Of a DNA stretch of 64,000 nucleotides, positions 1 through 11,148 are shown one piece after another. This DNA is from Mobula hypostoma (Eukaryota): positions 81,036,001-81,100,000 of the forward strand of contig NC_086097.1 in NCBI RefSeq assembly GCF_963921235.1, given 5' to 3'. Position 1 is the stretch's first letter, and the number at the start of each line of letters is the position of its first letter. The notes beneath the pieces were generated by a model. That model did no database searches, had not been told where the DNA came from, and saw nothing but the letters and a program-made list of their open reading frames with translations. The translations under genes and the position numbers were made by a program.

Positions 1-113
1 AAACAATGTTTATCCTTGGACATTAAGCTCCCTGCTATAATCTTCTTCAGCCATGATTCAGTGACGTTCACAATATCATCCACGCCAATCTGCACCTGTG
101 AAGTGCTATCTTT

Positions 114-298
114 TTTAATCTTCAGCCGCATACACAAATGAAATCATTGCTTCTTCTCCTGCTCCCACTGATTGGATGCAGTCCAACTCTGAAGACTGCC
201 ATGAAGCACTACCTTCTTTTAATCTTCAGCCGTGTACCTAAGCCATATCATTGCTTCTTCTCTTGCTCCTCCTGCTCACTGATTGGGCACAATCCAAC
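114..298. repeat. Imperfect direct duplication, unit about 100 bp
   Basis: TTTAATCTTCAGCCG...ATCATTGCTTCTTCTC...CACTGATTGG...TCCAAC occurs at about 114-167 and 218-298. Confidence 0.75.
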
Positions 299-319
299 AA
301 ATAGATTAGAAAGTAAGTA

Positions 320-322
<3 letters not shown>

Positions 323-358
<36 letters not shown>
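323..358. repeat. (CA)n microsatellite
   Basis: About 18 perfect AC units. Confidence 0.98.
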
Positions 359-363
<5 letters not shown>

Positions 364-1440
364 CAAGTGATATCAATTTGACTTAGAAGCGTTCATAGTA
401 AAATAATTTACCTAGATGCCACACTTTGGCCAGTGGCCTTAAAGGATTAGCCATGCCAAGAATAAGGTCACTTAATAAGCAAAGATCAAGGTGCCCTAGA
501 CAACCCATAGGCAACACTACAAGAAATCCTACAACAAGAGGCAGAGCACAATGCCTTTAGAATTGAAAACTTACCTCCTTGTTAAACCACAAACAATGGC
601 TTGAGGAAGCCTTTTGTGTTGCCGGCTCCAACACATTAACACAGTCCAAGCCTGTTGAAGAACACTGCTCTGAACACCAAGTGGGAATGTGGAGGACTGA
701 AAATGTTCTCACATCCATTGCTAGTTCCGACTGTCTTTTGTCTCTTGGCACCAAGAACAAAAGTGATAAAAAAAACAATTGTGTTTCATTTCGGAGATGA
801 AAACCCCACTTTCAGGTGGATTAGATGTTCTTTTATGGAGTTCATTCTCGGCACACAGAAAATGCTATCAACTTGTTGAGAAACTTTTGCCTTGAGAAGC
901 AATAGTGATCGGTCTTCTTTTACAGCATGGCAAAGGTATCCCCAGTTTATTTTTAAACAGACAGTTTAAGGCTTCTGGACCAGTGAAGGAGGCAAGTATC
1001 CCAGTTATGTCAAAGTCAGAATGTTGTGTGACTGAAGAGAAAACTTGGAACGCCCAGTTTTTTTTTCTTGGATTTTGCAGACTTTCAGTTACTGAGTAGT
1101 AAAGATTACAGGTACAACTAAACACATTTCAGTAAGAGCATTCTGTGGGTAACTCATTGCTCAGCTTACCTCAGAGAATAGATCCTCTGCTCTAGTCCCG
1201 CCTACAAAAAAAATACTGTCTTTAGCTCCCTTCTCCTTAATCCCCCATGCCTGTATTATTTGATCCTGATATGGAGAGCCAAATGTGCTGCTCCTTGGTG
1301 TCCAGGTTCCAGTCATGTAACTTCGGCAGTGACCTAGTCTTTTGGGCCACAGTGAGGCAGTACCACCCCTAGAAATTGCCCTAAATCTGCAGACAGCCAG
1401 CAAAGTTGATTTCATGAATGTAACAACTGAGAGGGATTTA

Positions 1441-2314
1441 GAACCATAAACCATAGAAAGATAGAAACTACAGCACAGAAACAGGCCCTTTGGCCCTTCT
1501 TGGCTGTGCCGAACCATTTTCTGCCTAGAACCACTAACCTGCACACGGACCATATCCCTCCATACACCTCCCATCCACGTATCTGTCCAATTTATTCTTA
1601 AATTGGAAAAAAGAACCCACATTTACCACCTTGTCTGGCAGCTCATTCCATACTCCCACCACTCTCTGTGTGAAGAAGCCCCCCCTAATGTTCCCTTTAA
1701 ACTTTTCCCCCCTCACCCTTAACCCATGTCCTCTGTTTTTTTTCTCCCCTTGCCTCAGTGGAAAAAGCCTGCTTGCATTCACTCTATCTATACCCATCAT
1801 AATTTTATATACTGTAGCGATGTGCTACACACAGCGCTAGAATAACCACACGGAGTCGGTGAGTTGGAGTTGCGATGAAAGAGGTTTATTCAAACTTCGC
1901 GGCCTGCTTTAAAGCCTTCCCGTTCCCGCCCTCCCTGGGCGGGACTACTGTGGGGAATGCATATTCCCAGACCCCTTCTGCGCGCGGGATTTTCCCCCTG
2001 CTGGTGAAGATGGCCTGGCACCCTTTTTGCTGCCGGCCCTCTGCCTGCGCGCGCTGTTTCGTGAGCCGGTTCGTGGGTGCCAGAAAGTGGGTCGCCACAA
2101 TACCTCTATCAAATCTCCCCTTATTCTTCTACGGTCCAGGGAATAAAGTCCTAACCTATTCAACCTTTCTCTGTAACTGAGTTTCTCAAGTCCCGGCAAC
2201 ATCCTTGTAAACCTTCTCTGCACTCTTTCAACCTTATTTATATCCTTCCAGTAATTTGGTGACCAAAACTGAACACAATACTCCAGATTCGGCCGCACCA
2301 ATGCCTTATACAAC
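1441..2314 (-). mobile_element. CR1/HER1-type LINE 3' fragment, split by a solo LTR
   Basis: [18 protein letters not shown]...RGDLIEV (ORF 1945-2313) continues as RLFPL...FFTQRVVGVWNELP (ORF 1534-1800). CR1 3' UTR with TTTCTATG-like tail. Confidence 0.93.
1813..2099 (-). mobile_element. Solo LTR (287 bp, Gypsy-like)
   Basis: TGTAGCGA...TCGCCACA termini, 4-bp TSD ATAC (1809-1812, 2100-2103), AATAAA on minus strand near 1885-1890. Removing it restores the CR1 sequence. CpG-rich. Confidence 0.88.
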
Positions 2315-2841
2315 CTTTCATTTCATTTATTTTATTGTCTCTCTGAACTATTGAAAAATACCAGTAATGGTCCCTAAAACAGTCCAAAACCATCAACAGT
2401 TTAAAAAAAAATATATAGTAACTTATTTCCATTCTGCCTCTTTATCAAAAGTCCTCCAATTCCCACTGAGACTCTTGGATCCTCTGGGCAACTGTCTGGA
2501 GTAACATTGAGGAATCTCAGCAAGATCGGGCCTCAAAGTTGGTGCCCACAGTGAACTGACCAATCCTGCCTCACGCATCTATCTGTATGTCCAATACTCT
2601 GCAAGTGACAGTGCACGTCTATAAGTCCACGATCTTCTGCTGTTTAATCAGCTAAATGCTGGTGAGCCCACTAGAAAAGGGGAATTGATAAAATGCATTG
2701 TTTGCTCCTGGATATTCATTCACTCAATCAATGTAATTCAATAGAAATAGCAAAACAGTCCTCAGCTTACTTAATAAAATACAATGCTAACTATGAGAAA
2801 TAATCTTGTTCCCTTTTTGAAAATAGTAAACATAATTCAAC

Positions 2842-3725
2842 TCAGAATCAGATTTAATATCACTGGCAAATGTTGTGAAATTTGTTGTTATGCAGCAGCA
2901 GTGTATTGCAATACACAATAACAAAGAAACTATAAATTGCAAAAGGATGTAAATATAAAACACATACACAGATATATATAAAATTAAATAGGTAGTTTAT
3001 AAAGAGAGCAAAAGAAGAAAAAAAAACTGAAGTCGTGTTCATGGGTTTATTATTCATTCAGGAGTCTAATTATGGAGGGGAAGAAGCTGTTCCTGAAACG
3101 TTCAGGCTCCTTTGCCTCCTCCTTGATAGCAACAATGAGAGGAGGGCATATCCTGGGTGATGGGAGTCCAAAATGATGGATGCCAACTTTCTGAGGCATT
3201 GCCTTTTGAAGGTATCCTTGATACTAGGGTGGGGCTCGGGCCTATTTTGGAGCTGACTGAGTTTACAACTTTCTGCAGCTTTTCCAATCCTGTGCAATGG
3301 CCCCTCCATACCAAGTGATGCAACTAGTTAGAATGCTTTCTAAGGTACATCTGTAGAAGTTTGCTCGAGTCCTTGGTGACATCCAGGTCTCCCCAAACTC
3401 CTAATGAAATATACCCACTGTCATGTCTTCTATGTAATTGCACCAATATATTCAGCCCAGGATAGAGCTTCAGAGATGTTGACACCCAGGAACTCAAAAC
3501 TGCTCACCCATCCACTGCTGTCCCTCAGTGAAGACTGGTGTGCATTCAGAAGACTTCCCCTTCCTGAAGTTCACAATCAATTCCTTGATCTTACTGACAA
3601 CAAGTGTTAGACTGTTGCTGTGACACTACTCAACCAGCTGGGCACTATCTGAAACCCCACCAACAACAGCTGTGTCATCGGCAAATTCATCGATGGTGTT
3701 TGAGCTATGCCCGGCCGCACAGTCA
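2842..3725 (-). mobile_element. Degenerate Rex/Babar-like LINE 3' fragment
   Basis: Decayed FADD motif, CLRKLASII.D..HPG.AL C-terminus, AAATCTGATTCTGA tail. Same family as 13690-14583. Confidence 0.75.
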
Positions 3726-3944
3726 CAAATCAGATATCCTTCTTTCGTTCAGATGGTATTTTGCAAACAAAACCAGATTCCTGGCCCCTTGCTCCAGAGA
3801 AGCCCAATTTTTTTCTGCCTAAATCAACTGAGATTCTGAAAAAGACATTAAACTTTTTTCTCGTACCAATGATTGTGAAATGCATACAGAAATAAAGAAT
3901 CCAAAAGTATTTTCTATAGGAGTTCTTCATTAATGTGTAAGATT

Positions 3945-5150
3945 AGTTTTGAGGGTATGATACCATCATCCTCTCAAAACTAATCAATAAGCTCCAAGAC
4001 CTTGGGCATCAATACTTCCTTGTTCAACTGGATTCTTGATTTCTTCACTCATAGACTCCAGTTGTTTTGAATTGGCAACAGCATCCCCTCCACAAAATCC
4101 ATCAGCACAGGTACACCACAGGCTGTGTGCTCAGCCCCTTCTCTAGTCACTTTGTACTTATGAATACATGGCTAAGTACAGCTCCAATGCCGTATTTAAA
4201 TCTGCTGACGACACCACTATTGTGGGATGAATCAAAGATGGTGACAATTCAGCATATAGGAGGGAGATTGAAAATCTGGCTTAATGGTGCCACACCAACA
4301 TTTCACTCAATGTCAGAAAAACCAAATAGCTGATTACTGACTACTGGAGAAGGAAACTGGGAGGTCAGTGAGCCAGTCCTCATCAAGGGATCAGAGGTGG
4401 TGAGAGTCAGCTACTTTAACTTCCTCAATGTTATCATTTTAGAGGATCTGTTCTAGGTACAGCGTGTGACTGCCATTACAAAGAAGGCATGGCAATGCCT
4501 CTACTTTCTGCAACGTCTAAACCATTTGGCATGCAATCTAAAACTTTGGCAAACGTCTATAGATGCGCATTGGAGCGTATACCGATTGACTACATCATGG
4601 CCTGGTATGACAATACTAATGCCACTGAATGAAAAAAAAACAATAAAAGGTAGTGGATACAGCCTAGTCCATCACAGGTAAAGCCCTCCCCACCATGGAG
4701 CATAATTACGCAGAGTACTGTCACAGGAAAGCAGCATCCATCATCGAGGACTCCCACCATCCATGCTATATTCTCGCTGCTGCTATCAGGATGTGGTACA
4801 GAAGCCTCAGATCCCAATTTACTCTATTTTACTGCTCTTTCATATGTGCTATATGTGCCTTGTGCTGTGTTTGGCCATTGGTACTGTGGTTTGCACCTTG
4901 GTCCCAGAGTAACACTGTTTCATTTACTAGTTGGCAGAGATACTAAAAAATCCATCCTGATGAAGGGTCTCAGCCTGAAATGTTGGCTGTTTCCTCTTTT
5001 CCATAGATGCTGCCTGGTCTGCTGAGTTCCTCCAGCATTTTGTGTGTGTTGCTTGGATTTCCAGCACGTGCAGATTTCCTCTTGCTCGTGACTATTTCAT
5101 TTGATTGTTTTTATGGGTATTCATGATTGAAAAATTAAATTTGAACTTGA
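3945..5150 (+). mobile_element. Degenerate Rex/Babar-like LINE 3' fragment (3' UTR interrupted by a hammerhead element)
   Basis: Remnants of T.TPQGCVLSP, ADDTTIVG, KKAWQCLYFLQRL, KAASIIED.HHP; TTGAACTTGA tail. Confidence 0.78.
4926..5090 (+). mobile_element. Short non-coding Penelope-derived element with hammerhead motif
   Basis: CTGATGA-AGGGTCTCAGCCT-GAAA-TGTT at 4957-4984, then the family 3' end. TSD ACT(G/A)TTTCATTT at 4914-4925 and 5091-5102. Confidence 0.82.
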
Positions 5151-5944
5151 CATCATGTCATCAGTAACTTTTCACTGCCACTTCTCCAGAAACACAATTT
5201 TTCTTCAAATGGACTGCTCTGTGCTGAACATAATTTTATCCTGGCTCAAAAGCAATAAATATTACTTCCAGGTATTATTTTCCAAATTATATTAAATAAA
5301 TAGTGATATTACACTTGACAGTCTCTTGGCCGACTCCATTTCCTCTTACTGACCAGCTCACATGGACACCCAATTCCCTTTGCTGTCCTACAACACAATC
5401 TGGTGGTATTTATTTAAAATTTCCTGATTTGAGCCAGAATTTTCTAACCTCCTGCATACATCACTCCTTCTTGAAGTCATTACTAAATGTGGCAAAAAAC
5501 TGAGATCCCACAAAGGAAATCTGCTCATTAATTTTGACACAAGGATGTTTCTTTTCCCATACTCAGTCTCCTATCATTCAACCTAATCCACCTCCTCCTG
5601 TTCCACACGTTTTCATTTTTTGATCTTTTCTGATCCAGAATTACGCTAAGCACCAAAAGAAAACCCCCATGGCCCAATTTCGCAAATTTCAAGGAGTGAG
5701 GAGGGTGGGGAAAGTATCCCTGTAGCTAACTTGTTGAGTTCATAGAAATAAAAATCATCCACATTACTTAGACATGACTTATGCTTTGTAATTCCATGCC
5801 AATCATCCGTGCAGTCCTGTACTTGTCAAGTGCACAATCACAAAATGCCTTATGATGGAGTGCAGTAACATCCCCACAAGCAATGGTAAATCATCAGCTC
5901 TGCAATTGTTTTCTCCCTCTCTTGATTTCTTAAATAATAGAATG

Positions 5945-6626
5945 CATCATCACACTCATCCATGCCCTTATATCCTCCCGCTTGGACTACTCCAACCCCC
6001 TGTACACTGTGATTAGTCAGTCGGCCCTGTCCCGCCTGCAACTGGTCCAGAACACCGCAGCCAGGCTCCTGACAGGTACCCGGAAGAAGGATCATATTAT
6101 TTCTATCCTGGCCTCCCTCCACTGGCTACCAGTACAGTTTAGAATTGATTTTAAGGTTCTCCTGTTTGTTTATAAAGCCCTAAATGAGCTGACCCCCTCC
6201 TATATCACAGACCTTCTAACCCCTTATTCTAATTCCAGGTCCCTCAGGTCGGTTGACTTGGGGCTTCTGGCTGTCCCGCGATCTAAATTTAAAATCAGGG
6301 GTGACCGCACCTTTGCTGTTGTAGCCCCTAGACTGTGGAACAGCATTCCCCTCCCTATCAGATCTGCCCCCTCCATTGACTCTTTTAAGTCCAGGATCAA
6401 AACTTACCTTTATTCACTAGCGTTTGAATCTTCCTGATGTGGCTGATTTTGGCACATGCCTAGGCTCATGTGTTGTTTATTTTGCGCCTATAAGCTGTGT
6501 GCCTTGTTGTTTATATCTGTGTTTCTTGTATTTCAGGTTTTAGCTACCTGCTATGGTTTGTCCAACATGGATTGTTTTTAAATGTGCTTTATAAATAAAT
6601 TTGACTTGAATTGACTCGATTTGACA
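5945..6626 (+). mobile_element. L2-clade LINE 3' fragment
   Basis: LDYSN...LQLVQNTAARLLTG...LHWLPVQFRIDFKVLL...APRLWNSIP (ORF 5982-6437), AATAAA and (TTGAC)n-like tail. Confidence 0.9.
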
Positions 6627-6981
6627 CTGTACAAGATAGTACATTTAGACCACAATATAAAGCAGTTGCACTGAGACATTTGAGGTCTCTATATTAAGCA
6701 TCCCAGTCATAGTTTATTTGTAGATTATAAATATATCAATGGGATACTTACATTTTAAGAGGTACTATATACAAATTATTTTCTTCTCTCACTTGAGCAT
6801 TTCAAGAGCATCACTTTCCTCACTAACAAGCAGTTATGAATATTTCTGCAAAACAATAGCTAGCACAATGAATTGTTAAATATTTCCCCACTGCACTTTC
6901 TCTCCTGACTTTACTAAAATGCATGCAAAATTCCCTTTCAAAGTCTTCATTGAAGTCAGAGTGCACACTCCATCTACCCAC

Positions 6982-7184
6982 CTCAGAGACTCTGCCATCC
7001 TCCGAAGATCTTCATTTTGTTGCTTCAAACGTTCAAGTTTTGCAAGTATCTTGGACAGTTCTCTGCTGGAGCGATCCGGCTGGTCGCTGTCTCTGACTAA
7101 ATGGCCGCCTATATAGAACAGCAAAGTCCCCCAGGCAAGAAGGATCAACATAATCCATCGCCAGGAGCTGGCCCATGGTCTCAT
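6982..7184 (-). CDS. FUT8: Alpha-(1,6)-fucosyltransferase, first coding exon (cytoplasmic tail, TM anchor, start of stem coiled coil; 67 codons + 2 nt)
   Basis: Translation [68 protein letters not shown] is recognisably the vertebrate FUT8 N-terminus. Similarity stops at a donor CTGAG|GTGGGT (intron GT at 6981-6980), giving 203 coding nt. The rest of ORF 6876-7184 is intron read-through. Confidence 0.97.
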
Positions 7185-7427
7185 CTTCAGCTGGTCAGCT
7201 CTCTCTGTACTCCACAGCAGTTGTTCACAGGTCAGGAGCTGGCATGCTTACGGGATCTGTGCCGAGATGAATGAGTTCCGTCTTCCACTCCCTCAAAGCA
7301 TTGTGCCAGTAATCAGATAAGCTCCTAGAATTTCTTGTAGCACTCTTTTCTTTCCTCCCCAAATAAAGCTTCCTCTTGATTTGACAACCAACAAATTCTC
7401 TTATTAAAAGCCTCTCATTTCGATACT
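7185..7427 (-). other. FUT8: 5' UTR part of the FUT8 first coding exon
   Basis: Strong acceptor on minus strand TTCTTTTTCTTCTCTTTCTGCAG|AGTATC (AG at 7429-7428), 243 nt upstream of the ATG. Confidence 0.75.
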
Positions 7428-8099
7428 CTGCAGAAAGAGAAGAAAAAGAACCCTTAATTGGATTAATTATAATAACTTGCAGATAATAGTCCACATAAGA
7501 AAGCAATTTCAATGAAGGCCCAGACACAGTTGTATGGAAAAAGGCCAGATATCTTTACCTAGCCTGAGAGATCCAAAAGTTCATGTGGTTAATCTACAGT
7601 GCACATTAAACATTATTTCAGACAAACACGACAAAAAACATTCATCTACAGACTGGCTTGAACTGTGAAGGCAACATATTGGCAGCAGCAGCAGAGGCTG
7701 TTGGAAGGGGAGAGAATACATTTCATTTGACCTGAAACAATAAAGCTGAATTGAAATTACACTTGGACATAGTACACAGAGGTAAAGATCCTTCAATACC
7801 ATTCTAAAACATTATCAAATTCTGACATGAAATGTAAGAGGCCATCCTTTTAAAAAGCAGATGTCTTCAAGTGTGCTATCAAGGGGCACTTATTCACGGA
7901 CAGGAATTTTGGATATGCCAGGACCATTCAGCTGTCTTCTTTTTCAGAGCTGAAGTCCCAAAGTAAATTGAGAGGAAATGTCCCTAATATTAAGGCAGCA
8001 TCTAAGAGAGTGTAAAGTCAAGTAGCACTGGCAAAACAAAGGGAATTAAGAGAAAATCTCCATTCATCAGCATCATATCCACACAATAATTATCACTGT

Positions 8100-9015
8100 T
8101 AGAGGTCAACCATTGCTATCCCATGATATCATCACAAAAGCTCGTCAGGACAGTGTTTTAGCCCTAGTGATCTATAAACCACTTCATCCATAAGCCTACC
8201 TTCTATTATAAAATTGGAAATGTTGATGTTTGCTGATGATTACACAATGTTCAATTTCATTCACAATTCTGAAGTGGTCCATGACTGCTTGCAGTGAGAT
8301 GTTCTGGCATAGGTTGGTCAGTGATGAATAACACTCATGCGTTTATGTGGCAGGCTATGGCTACCTTCAATAAAAGTCTGTCTAAGCACCCACCATTAAC
8401 ATTCAATGGAATTATCATTGTCAAATCCTCTTTCACCAATATCTAGGAGATCATAATTTACCAGAAATGAAACTGGTCCGGCCACATAAATACTTACAAG
8501 AGCATGTCCCGTCCTCAGACCTTTCCACCATCAGCAAAGGCACAAGAGATTGATAGAACATTCTCCACTGTACTGGATGAGTGCACTTACAATTGTCAAG
8601 AAACTTGGCGTTGTGTAGAACAAAGCAATATTCTTTGCTTATACCTCCACCGAACAGCTCATTCCCTCCACCAGCAGTGCAGAGTGGCTGCAGTGTGCAC
8701 CATCTGCAAATTTTGCTGCAGTTACTCAGCCAAGTTACTGCAACAGCATCACACAAACTGCAGCTTCAGCCACCAAGGACACCAGAACAGTGGATGCATG
8801 GGAACACCACCACGCACAGATCTCACTCGACATCGTACACTACCCTGACTTGGAAATATATATTTGTCATTCATCACTACTTGGTCTAAGTCCTGGAAGT
8901 CTGCACCCAACAGCACCATAGGGGTGTCTTCAACTGCAGTAGTTCAAGGAGATGGCTCAACTCCACTTTCTCAAGGGCAATGGAGGATGAGTACAAGTAC
9001 TCATCTTGTCAGTGA
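8100..9015 (+). mobile_element. Old, highly degenerate CR1-group LINE fragment
   Basis: Remnants of PQ.SVL.P and MFADD (about 8227-8241); later segments resemble a CR1-group C-terminus (SKSWKSAPNS). Confidence 0.55.
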
Positions 9016-10509
9016 TCCCAGACCTCCCCCGCCCCAACCAAAATGAATTTAAAACCCCATCAAATAGGTGCAGGTGAAGTTGGGTGAACATGCCAAGAGA
9101 ATTGCTTAGTATGATTGGAGGTGTGGGATCCTGTGTGGTGTGGGTAAATTTGGAGGCAGGACAGTGCTCAGTGTATTAATACAGGGTGACTTCGGCAGGC
9201 TGGTCAGTGAGAGAGAGTGTATCGAATGTTGGCTCTGGGGGTGAGAGGGTTGCGGGCAGATGTTGGGCATATAGTCATGCAGCTGATTGTGAGGGATAAG
9301 GACACAGGCAGAAAATGGAGGGTTGGAAAGAGCATGTGGAAAGAGAGAGTGGGTATCAAGCAGTAGTGATGGAAAATTAAAGGAGCCATGGAAGCTGGAG
9401 GAATCAGGCAGATAGTTGGCATGTTCGGAGATGGATGACAATTAAGAGTTGGTGGGATTAGAATAGGAAGGTTATGTAATGAGGAAGATGAATATCTCAG
9501 ATACTAGCTCAGTCTATGGAGAGTTCTTCCTTCACCAACACACTATCTCAACCTTTTGTTTAAAACCTGTTTCAGCATTTTGTGGTCCTGATAAAATGGA
9601 GAATCTGAAAATCTCATGATACAATTGTTGTAGTTTAAGAAGCAGCCATTCACCTCATTGAATCTACGCTGAATCCTTGCAGAGAAATTGATTCAATCTC
9701 ATTCCCCAGTTGTTTCCCTGTACTGTAGATCTGCAAATCATTTTCTCTTTTGAAAGTCCTGCTTCCTTCAATTTTACTGGCAGTAAATGTCTGAGCACAA
9801 CTCCACATGAGCAAATTTTTCCTTCTCTTTCCCCTTCTGTCTTTTGCCCATCAGGTTGTATCTGTGGATCCAGTCTTTGAAATGCTTGTGAATGCAAACC
9901 ATTTCTCTACATTTCACATCGCCAAACCCCCACCCCCCAGCTCAAGCAATTATAATCTTGTGCTCCTGTATCAAATCTTCTTTCAGCCCTCAATCCATTC
10001 CACCAACCTCATCTCTAGCTGTCTGCTGCTGATCAGTTTTCATACCCTGCTTTATGTGACTGAGCTCCAGAAGTCACTTCAATGCATGACAATTTCAGCC
10101 CAACAGCTTCCACTCAGCCTTGAAGTTAGTGCTAGCACAGAGTTTAGTAGCTATGCCCTGGAAACCCCTTTTCTTCATTCACAATGTAAATCAGCACTGA
10201 GGACCTGTGGACCTCTTCTGTTGTGACAAAACAACGTAAAAACATTATATTTAAACAACAATACTGCTTAACACTAAATTATATGCGAATGAAAACAAAT
10301 TAACATTTTACTTTACTAATCCAAGAAGAACGTAGATAATCTGCAAATTAATTAATCTACATCTGTTCTTTCAATACCCAAAGTTTCATACTAGATTAAT
10401 CAATAAACACTGGATTTGAATCATCACACAGTTTTTCAATAATCTCAAGGTGAAGGTGGTATATCATACATTAGCAAAACATCATTACCATGATAAACTG
10501 ACATCCAAA

Positions 10510-11148
10510 TGGAAGATCTCCAGCTGTCTTCCCATTTAAATTTAACTTTCCATTCATTCCCATTCTGACATATCTGTCCATAGCCTCCTCTATTGCCATA
10601 ACAAAGTCAAACTCGGGTTGGGAGAGCAACACATTATATCTTGACTGTATAGCCTCTAACCTAATGGCATGAACATTAATTTCTCTAACTTCCAATAATT
10701 TCTCCCGATTCCCTCCTTTTTTTTTTAATTCCCAGTTCTGGTTACCCTCTCATCCCTTCTCTTCCCACCTGCCCATCACATCCCTCCAGTTTCTCTCCTC
10801 CTTCCCTTTCTCCCACAGTCCAGTCTCATCTCCTATTTGATTCTTCCTCTTCAGGCCTTGACTTCTTCCACCTATCACTCCCCTGCTTCTTACTTTATCT
10901 CCTCTACCCCACTCACCCACCTCACCCCCCACCTGTTTGCACCTACCGCCTGCCACCTCGTACTCTTTCCTCTCCCCCCACTTTCTTACTGTGGCTTCTA
11001 CCTCCTTCCTTTCCAGTCCTGATGAAGCATCTCAGCTCAAAATGTCAACTGCTTATTCCCTTCCATTGATGCTGCTTGACTTGCCAAGTTCATCCAGCGT
11101 GTTGTGTGTTGCTCAAGATTTTCAGCATCTGCAGAACCTCTAGTGCTT
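10510..11148 (+). mobile_element. 5'-truncated degenerate Penelope-like element (end of GIY-YIG, 3' UTR, hammerhead remnant)
   Basis: Colinear with 31760-32300. CAGTC-CTGATGA...AAAA-TGTC at 11014-11051 (GAAA mutated). TSD ATCCAAA at 10503-10509 and 11149-11155. Confidence 0.85.

Noticed and set aside
570..1390. Strong minus-strand donors (GAG|GTAAGT near 574, GAG|GTAAGC near 1169) as further FUT8 exons
   Set aside because: Upstream frames show no FUT8 similarity; the next coding exon (IPEGPI...) was not found in the window.
2842..5150. Head-to-head Rex fragments as one inverted insertion
   Set aside because: They cover overlapping parts of the element, have different tails and share no TSD; they look like independent copies.
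6876..6981. C-terminal extension of the FUT8 ORF (WVDGVCT...)
   Set aside because: Lies past the GT donor and does not resemble FUT8; intron read-through.
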